From positions 14,284 to 78,283 of IMG/VR virus record IMGVR_UViG_3300035041_000007: a DNA stretch of 64,000 bases, one strand, 5' to 3'. Every line of letters begins with the position of its first letter. Within the stretch, counting starts at the first letter, position 1. Source of the stretch: a virus. Positions 59,843-64,000 of this stretch are shown piece by piece. The notes beneath the pieces were generated by a model. That model was given only the letters and a program-made list of their open reading frames with translations. It was not told where the DNA came from and ran no database searches. Both the position numbers and the translations under genes were made by a program.

Positions 59843-60058
59843 ATGAAATTCTTTTATTCAGTTCTTTTCACTCTGATGCTAACCAGCCAAGCTTTTGCAT
59901 CAACTGCAGGACGTACAGACCACTCTGGGATTCTAGTGTGGGCGTTCCTAGGTTTTTGTGCTCTTATAGTAATGGCACAGATTGTACCTGCAATAATGAT
60001 GATGGTTGGTGTTGGAAAAGCACTGCACAAAGATTCTACTGCTATTAGTGAGCAGTAA
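59843..60058 (+). CDS. Small signal-peptide + TM protein, probably host-derived (start revised)
   Basis: AGGAGG RBS; AFA..GRTDHSGILVWAFLGFCALIVMAQIVPA. Confidence 0.7.
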   Translation: MKFFYSVLFTLMLTSQAFASTAGRTDHSGILVWAFLGFCALIVMAQIVPAIMMMVGVGKALHKDSTAISEQ

Positions 60059-60065
60059 CTACATT

Positions 60066-60094
60066 GGGGAGGGGGTTAACCCCCCCCATTTTTA
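60066..60094 (+). terminator. Terminator
   Basis: GGGGGG-TTAA-CCCCCC stem + T tract. Confidence 0.7.
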
Positions 60095-60186
60095 TATAGC
60101 ATTAAAAATTTTGCTCTTGACGCGAGGGTGGATTTTTAGTATTATATAAGAATAATAAATAAAGCTATCGACTAGGGGGATCCTTA

Positions 60187-60816
60187 ATGGAAAAGAATAT
60201 AGTTGTGAGTTTGTTTGATTTCACTGGAGGAATGGTAGAGCCTTGGATGGATGCAGGGTATGAATGTTGGATAGTTGATATACAACATCCGGAAGGTATC
60301 ACTAATCATAAAAATCTTAATAAAGTTAATTTCGATTTATCCGAGCCTTGGAATCCCCCTTTTGACAAAGAAAAAATAGCATTTATTTCAGCATTCCCCC
60401 CATGTGATCATTTGGCTGTTAGTGGGGCAAGATGGTTTAAAGGGAAGGGGTTAAGAAAACTTGCTTATAGTATAAACTTATTTGCAACCGCTGCTGAGTT
60501 TTGTGAACAAAGTGAAGCTCCTTATATAATAGAAAACCCAGTAAGTACTATATCTACTTACTGGAGAAAACCTGACTACATATTTCACCCCCACGAGTAT
60601 ACAAAATATTTCCCTGAGGATAATTATACTAAAAAGACATGTCTTTGGACAGGGAATGGTTTTAATATGCCTGAGCAGCTTAAAGATGAGACATTACCTG
60701 CACCAGATACTAAAAAGATACACCACGCTTCACCTAAAGATAGATCAAATATGCGAAGTATAACACCTGCCGGTTTTGCATGGGCAGTATTTGAAAGCAA
60801 TAAAGCTACCGAATAA
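60187..60816 (+). CDS. C5 cytosine methyltransferase-like protein (short phage form)
   Basis: SLFD.TG, FPPC, IENP, KKTCLW. Confidence 0.75.
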   Translation: MEKNIVVSLFDFTGGMVEPWMDAGYECWIVDIQHPEGITNHKNLNKVNFDLSEPWNPPFDKEKIAFISAFPPCDHLAVSGARWFKGKGLRKLAYSINLFATAAEFCEQSEAPYIIENPVSTISTYWRKPDYIFHPHEYTKYFPEDNYTKKTCLWTGNGFNMPEQLKDETLPAPDTKKIHHASPKDRSNMRSITPAGFAWAVFESNKATE

Positions 60817-60851
60817 TCGGGGCAAGTTTTCTACCGAAAGGAGAAAAACAG

Positions 60852-61247
60852 ATGAATCATTCACGAAGCACCATCAACCAAATGGACAGACTCTTTGAGG
60901 TACTGTTAAAGACCTCTCAAGCTACTAAAACTAACTACCCTAGGTATAGTCTATGGACTACCGAGGGGTGGGAAAACAAAAAGTATATCCTAGATATATT
61001 AGTAGCAGGATTTTCTAGGGACGAACTAAAAGTATCATGTTCAGATGGAGTGCTATCTGTAGCTGCTAAGCAAGCAGACTATGGGCACAGAAACTACTTG
61101 GAAAAAGGGTTCAGTACAAAAGACTTTGAAGTAGAATTTCCAATAGCTAATTCATGGCGAGTATCTTCTGTCACATTAAATAATGGCATACTAAGTATTC
61201 AAATTGAAAAAGAAATAAAAGACGAGCAAATTCTAGAGATTGGATAA
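60852..61247 (+). CDS. Hsp20 small heat-shock protein
   Basis: YPRY, VAGFSRDEL, YLEKG, L.NGILSI. Confidence 0.85.
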   Translation: MNHSRSTINQMDRLFEVLLKTSQATKTNYPRYSLWTTEGWENKKYILDILVAGFSRDELKVSCSDGVLSVAAKQADYGHRNYLEKGFSTKDFEVEFPIANSWRVSSVTLNNGILSIQIEKEIKDEQILEIG

Positions 61248-61249
61248 GT

Positions 61250-61699
61250 ATGAATGTAGAACGATTAATAAAACAACTAGAAAAAGATGTAGGGAAGTCT
61301 AATAGGTTATATCAAGACACAGACGGAAATAAACTTATTGGTATTGGACACTTGATAACTGATGACGACCCTGAAGCTCTTAGAGACATCCGACCGGGGC
61401 AGAAGATATCTGAGTCGAAATGCACGGAGCTTCTAACATCTGATTTAACTGCTGTAATAACAGACTGTGTAAAGATATTCGGAACAGAATGGGAGTCTTT
61501 CCCAGAAGAATTTCAAGAATCTTTTGCTAATATTTTATTCTCCACAGACAGGAATAATATTAGTGATCTAAAGGATATTATCTATAATGCTGTGGACAGA
61601 AATTGGACTCAAGTAGTAGTAGCACTAAAAGAGACTGCTGTCTATCAATCGAATCCTCAACGAATAGCAAGGATGCAATCACGACTATCTATTCTGTAA
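61250..61699 (+). CDS. GH24 lysozyme homolog, probably catalytically dead
   Basis: DVG (for DEG) ..YQDTDG.KLIGIGHL (for TIG.GHL). Confidence 0.75.
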   Translation: MNVERLIKQLEKDVGKSNRLYQDTDGNKLIGIGHLITDDDPEALRDIRPGQKISESKCTELLTSDLTAVITDCVKIFGTEWESFPEEFQESFANILFSTDRNNISDLKDIIYNAVDRNWTQVVVALKETAVYQSNPQRIARMQSRLSIL

Positions 61700-61740
61700 A
61701 TAAAAAGCACTGACTATCTATTAGTCAGTGCTTTTTATTT
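61699..61740. terminator. Terminator
   Basis: AAAAAGCACTGACTA/TAGTCAGTGCTTTTT. Confidence 0.85.
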
Positions 61741-61865
61741 CTTCTATCTCAGCGCCGAGTTGCGTACATTTTAAGTGATAGTATTACGTGCGTATAAAAA
61801 AGTTCTTGACAATTTTCTCAATATTCGCTATAATAGTATTATAAACAATGGCGAAAGGAGTAAAA

Positions 61866-62543
61866 ATGGCTAGAGTTAAAAAGAAAGAACACGAAAATTT
61901 ATCAGATTCTAATATTAAAAAAGTAATAGAACTGCTAGAAGCTAAGCAACCTATTACTAAAAAGCACGCTTGTGAGATTCTCAACATCTCTTATAATACC
62001 ACTAGATTAAATAATATTATAGAGGGATACAAGCACAAAAAAGAGATAGAAGCTAAGAATAGAAAAGCTAAACGCGGGAAACCTGCTACAAAAGATGAAA
62101 TTTCAGATATAATTAGAGAGTATCTAAATGGTACTTCTATATCAGAAATTTCCAAAGATATTTTTAGGTCTTCTAGTTTTGTATCTAATATTATAGATAG
62201 AGTAGGAGTACCTCGCAAATTAACCAAAGAAGAAATGAAAGAAAACCATCTGCTCCCAGACCAGTGTATGGCTTATGAATTTAAATACGGTCAAATTGCA
62301 TGGTCAGCAAAGTACAATGCCCCTTGTGAAGTCAGGGAAGAACTACAAAATACTGACACAGTGAATTATGAAGAAAAATACGGGTGTAAATGCTATAAAA
62401 TCTACGTCGTTAGTAGAGTTGAAGAGCCTGTACCAGGCTTCTCTGCAGTAGAAATCGGAGGGTATAATGCAATATCGCCTGCCAGTGAACTAGGGGATTT
62501 AACACATCTTATAGAGTTTTGTCCTAGTGTAGGAAAAATATAA
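61866..62543 (+). CDS. D2: T5 D2-like protein (start revised)
   Basis: KKVIELLE...TKK.ACE.L; YLNG.SI.EI; AWSAKY. Confidence 0.8.
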   Translation: MARVKKKEHENLSDSNIKKVIELLEAKQPITKKHACEILNISYNTTRLNNIIEGYKHKKEIEAKNRKAKRGKPATKDEISDIIREYLNGTSISEISKDIFRSSSFVSNIIDRVGVPRKLTKEEMKENHLLPDQCMAYEFKYGQIAWSAKYNAPCEVREELQNTDTVNYEEKYGCKCYKIYVVSRVEEPVPGFSAVEIGGYNAISPASELGDLTHLIEFCPSVGKI

Positions 62544-62797
62544 TGGAATATTATTTTATTGGAAGTTTATCTGTAGGAATCGTTTCATATCTGTCTATTC
62601 ATAGACCAATATTAAAAGAGCTAAAAGCTACCGGAGAATTAGAGCAAGATGAATTTAGACATCCTATGCTAACAGCTACAATTCTTATAACATTATTTAC
62701 AGTTTTAGCTCCTTTTATGGTACTTGCTGGCGTCTTTACTAGTAATGCTCAATTTCAGGAATATTATAAAGAAAGGCTCTTAGATAAAGAAAAATAG
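62543..62797 (+). CDS. Small membrane protein in the T5 D2-D3 interval
   Basis: Two hydrophobic stretches, coupled to D2. Confidence 0.65.
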   Translation: MEYYFIGSLSVGIVSYLSIHRPILKELKATGELEQDEFRHPMLTATILITLFTVLAPFMVLAGVFTSNAQFQEYYKERLLDKEK

Positions 62798-62964
62798 TTC
62801 TTGACAATTTTCTCAATATTCGCTATAATATATTTATAAACAATGGGAAAGGGAGAAAGAAAAGGGAAGATTGGATTAGTACTTTGGTAAATGGTAAATT
62901 TTACTTACATGAGTACGCCAAGGAAGCAGAAATAACTAACCACACTAGCGAAGAAGGAGAAAGT

Positions 62965-63327
62965 ATGAACACATTGTACAAAGTAATTGAGACTGAAGAG
63001 TACGGAACTTTTCTTACTAAAGATTCACAGGGTAAGTTGGTTTTAGAACTGAAAGGTTCTAACAAAGTAGCGTCTTTTTCAAGCGATGAACTTGAGGAAG
63101 TAGTACCTTATACTATTGATATTCAATTTCAGACTGGTGGGGATATCTATACTTTTACCAGTGAAAAGGGCACTCTTGAGTTGGGTGACCTAGTAGTACC
63201 ATATGGGCGCGTATACGAAGGCCCATATGGGCGCGACATCGCGCAGGTCACGGGCGTGGATACTAAGAATAAAAAAGCTACTAAGCCTTTTAAGGGATGG
63301 AAATTACAAACTCAACGAATCGCATAA
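62965..63327 (+). CDS. Hypothetical protein (start revised)
   Basis: AAGGAG RBS; MNTLYKV...LEEVVPYT. Confidence 0.65.
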   Translation: MNTLYKVIETEEYGTFLTKDSQGKLVLELKGSNKVASFSSDELEEVVPYTIDIQFQTGGDIYTFTSEKGTLELGDLVVPYGRVYEGPYGRDIAQVTGVDTKNKKATKPFKGWKLQTQRIA

Positions 63328-63398
63328 AAAATAGTTCTTGACAATTTTCTCAATATTCGCTATAATATATTTATAAACAATGGGAAAGGGAGAAAATT

Positions 63399-63572
63399 AT
63401 GGAAAAGTCAAGAGCAGAGTTTCTTATTGATCAACTTAATAACTCGAAAACTCCTTATACTTGGAAGTATTTGTATGATTCAGAATTATTTGAATTGGCT
63501 GTAGCAGGAGATAAAATAGCGGAAAAATATCTGCTTGGAGGCTGTGGTAATATTGAAGTATCTAAAAAATAG
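63399..63572 (+). CDS. 57-aa hypothetical protein (not in track)
   Basis: Promoter + GGAG RBS, MEKSRAEFLIDQ... Confidence 0.6.
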   Translation: MEKSRAEFLIDQLNNSKTPYTWKYLYDSELFELAVAGDKIAEKYLLGGCGNIEVSKK

Positions 63573-63637
63573 TTCTTGACAAAAAGCTCGATTTTCGGTA
63601 TAATATATTTATAAACAATGGCGGAAGGAGCACTTTC

Positions 63638-64000
63638 ATGGGTGATAGATTTTATGAACAACAATTAAAGGCTACCGGAGATTGCCCAGGTGCTTCAAAA
63701 TCACAAAAACGAAAGGGAAGAAAAATGGCGTGGACTGACGAGAAAAAAGCTGAGGCAATCAAACTGTACGAAGATGCTGAACCTACTCCTGAAAATTCAA
63801 TGGAAATTGTAAAGGAAGTAGCAGACCAGCTCGACGAAACTCCTAATGGGGTGCGAATGATTCTCAGCAAAGCTGGAGTATATGTAAAGAAAGCAGCTGC
63901 TGCAAAAGCTTCAGGTGGAGAATCCAAGAAAGGTGGCTCTAAGCGAGTTAGCAAAGAGGATGCTCAAAATGCACTTCGCGAAGCTATCCAAGGTCTTGGA
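63638..64000 (+). CDS. D3: T5 D3-like DNA-binding protein, runs off the window end (not in track)
   Basis: In-frame ATGs at 63638 and 63725; SMEIVKEVA...TPNGVRMILSKAGVYVKK...RVSK. Confidence 0.8.
   Translation, partial: MGDRFYEQQLKATGDCPGASKSQKRKGRKMAWTDEKKAEAIKLYEDAEPTPENSMEIVKEVADQLDETPNGVRMILSKAGVYVKKAAAAKASGGESKKGGSKRVSKEDAQNALREAIQGLG

Larger units (their letters stand above)
36911..63604 (+). promoter_or_regulatory. Family of near-identical early promoters (with 32477, 32625, 34865: 18 copies)
   Basis: TTGAC(A/T/G)-17-TAT(A/T)AT; -35 boxes at 36911, 40090, 40781, 45123, 47033, 48146, 51233, 54729, 55001, 59162, 60117, 61806, 62801, 63338, 63576. Confidence 0.92.

Noticed and set aside
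63652-63954. Minus-strand 100-aa ORF
   Set aside because: Shadow of the D3-like gene, which the track missed because it lacks a stop in the window
1-64000. Complete DGR or retron (RT, Avd, template repeat)
   Set aside because: No ORF with RT motifs (YxDD in RT context) and no second copy of the variable region found by eye
1-64000. Prophage / integration module
   Set aside because: No integrase, repressor cassette or flanking host genes; organisation matches a lytic T5-like phage

Overview
This window is part of an AT-rich, lytic, T5-like siphophage genome (Demerecviridae-related), assembled so that the likely genome end/terminal repeat falls mid-window. Positions 1-28.1 kb (minus strand) hold the virion module in T5 order: terminases, a free-standing Hef-like homing endonuclease, an HNH nuclease, portal, a fused protease-major capsid ORF, head/tail completion proteins, major tail protein, chaperones, tape measure, tail fibres, and a >1400-aa baseplate/fibre ORF that the ORF track missed. 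Positions 28.2-32.4 kb form a compact pre-early block with T5 A1- and A2-like genes, bounded by repeats. Positions 32.5-64 kb (plus strand) hold early genes in cassettes behind 18 near-identical sigma70-type promoters: RtcB, phosphoesterases, ThyX, DUF5664, a cytosine methylase, Hsp20, three muramidase-like genes, tRNA-Leu, and D2/D3-like genes. The top leads are: (1) a ~215-bp, 57% GC piece of a host Septu/retron PtuA-PtuB operon fused into the first early gene, a candidate defence decoy; (2) an Mtd-like receptor-binding gene whose C-terminus carries a DGR adenine-mutagenesis signature, with no RT or template repeat in the window; (3) a stand-alone MqsA-like antitoxin domain; (4) two ~100-nt rod-like small RNAs; (5) C(GNA)G DNA hairpins coupled to tandem arrays. 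All family assignments are from recognition of motifs, not from database searches.
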